DNA of 64,000 bases, taken from the NCBI GenBank assembly GCA_963809895.1, contig CAWELD010000003.1:960001-1024000 (forward strand), given 5' to 3'. Source of the stretch: an uncultured Gemmatimonadales bacterium (lineage in GTDB: Bacteria > Gemmatimonadota > Gemmatimonadetes > Longimicrobiales > Gaopeijiaceae). The stretch's first letter is position 1. The number at the start of each line of letters is the position of its first letter. The notes beneath the pieces were generated by a model. It did no database searches, was not told the DNA's origin, and saw nothing but the letters and a program-made list of their open reading frames with translations. A program made the translations under genes and the position numbers. Positions 63,565 through 64,000 of the stretch are shown here, one piece after another.

Positions 63565-63698
63565 CGGCGGCCGCCCGGCCCCACGCCGGCGGCATGGCGT
63601 CGCCCGCCGCCATGGCGCCCAGGAGGTCGCCCGCCTCCGGCGGCTGATGGCGATGTCGCTACGGTTCCACTGGAGCCCCCTTCAGCGGCGATTGGCCA

Positions 63699-63780
63699 AT
63701 TCAACTCGCTCAGCGAGTCAACGTCGACAAAGGGCGCCGGATGCCAGCCTCGAATGGACGATTCAACTCGCTCAGCGAGT
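63699..63780. repeat. Two identical 20-bp palindrome-containing direct repeats
   Basis: ATTCAACTCGCTCAGCGAGT at 63699-63718 and 63761-63780. Confidence 0.85.
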
Positions 63781-63946
63781 TCTATCGACCAACCGTTCCA
63801 AAACCACGCTCCAGTGGTAGGGTTTGACTCGGTGTCTCTCCCCGGCGCGCGGTTCACCCGCTCACGAGGACACAGATGGTCGCTGAGGCCGGAGTTCCCC
63901 GGTGCGGAGTAAGACCGGCGAGCCCTTCACCTTCAGGGTCTCGCCG

Positions 63947-64000
63947 CTACAGCCCGACGAAGTACGCGTCGTCGACTGGGTGATCGCTGACGCCGGACGT
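63947..64000 (-). CDS. Possible 3' end of a gene entering from beyond the window
   Basis: ...TSGVSDHPVDDAYFVGL-TAG followed by hairpin CGGCGAG...CTCGCCG. Confidence 0.4.
   Translation of the reverse strand, partial: TSGVSDHPVDDAYFVGL

Noticed and set aside
63699..63780. CRISPR array
   Set aside because: Only two 20-bp repeats, shorter than typical, and no cas genes in the window

Overview
High-GC bacterial chromosome segment. Gene content (ADOP-like permease, VPS10 propeller, 6-bladed propeller lipoprotein, kds-lpt-rpoN order) suggests a Gemmatimonadota-like diderm; this is inference. Left to right: (1) a coupled 4-gene ECF sigma cassette in which both a predicted membrane anti-sigma and a predicted outer-membrane protein end in CBM48/AMPK-type glycogen-binding domains; (2) secreted enzymes, arcA-arcC (no arcB) and prfC; (3) an ~19 kb, 18-gene operon kdsB-pyrG-kdsA-kdsC-kdsD-lptC-lptA-like-lptB-rpoN running straight into a lipid-linked glycosylation module (GT2, frameshifted wecB, GT4, YfhO/GT-C, flippase-like protein, polyprenol-P-mannose synthase, Zn-ribbon protein, PlsC, methyltransferase); (4) a clear XerCD dif site at 39704-39731 abutted by tandem DnaA-box-like 9-mers, with gene orientation and KOPS polarity converging on it, so this is probably the replication terminus; (5) a group 1 [NiFe] uptake hydrogenase operon with a Zn-finger-less HypA, no hypF and a small His-rich membrane protein; (6) assorted genes and a GltD-like/2-oxoacid:ferredoxin oxidoreductase cluster led by a small Cys-rich ORF. 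No rRNA, tRNA, CRISPR array or transposase was recognised. All calls come from reading motifs by eye; no database searches were run.
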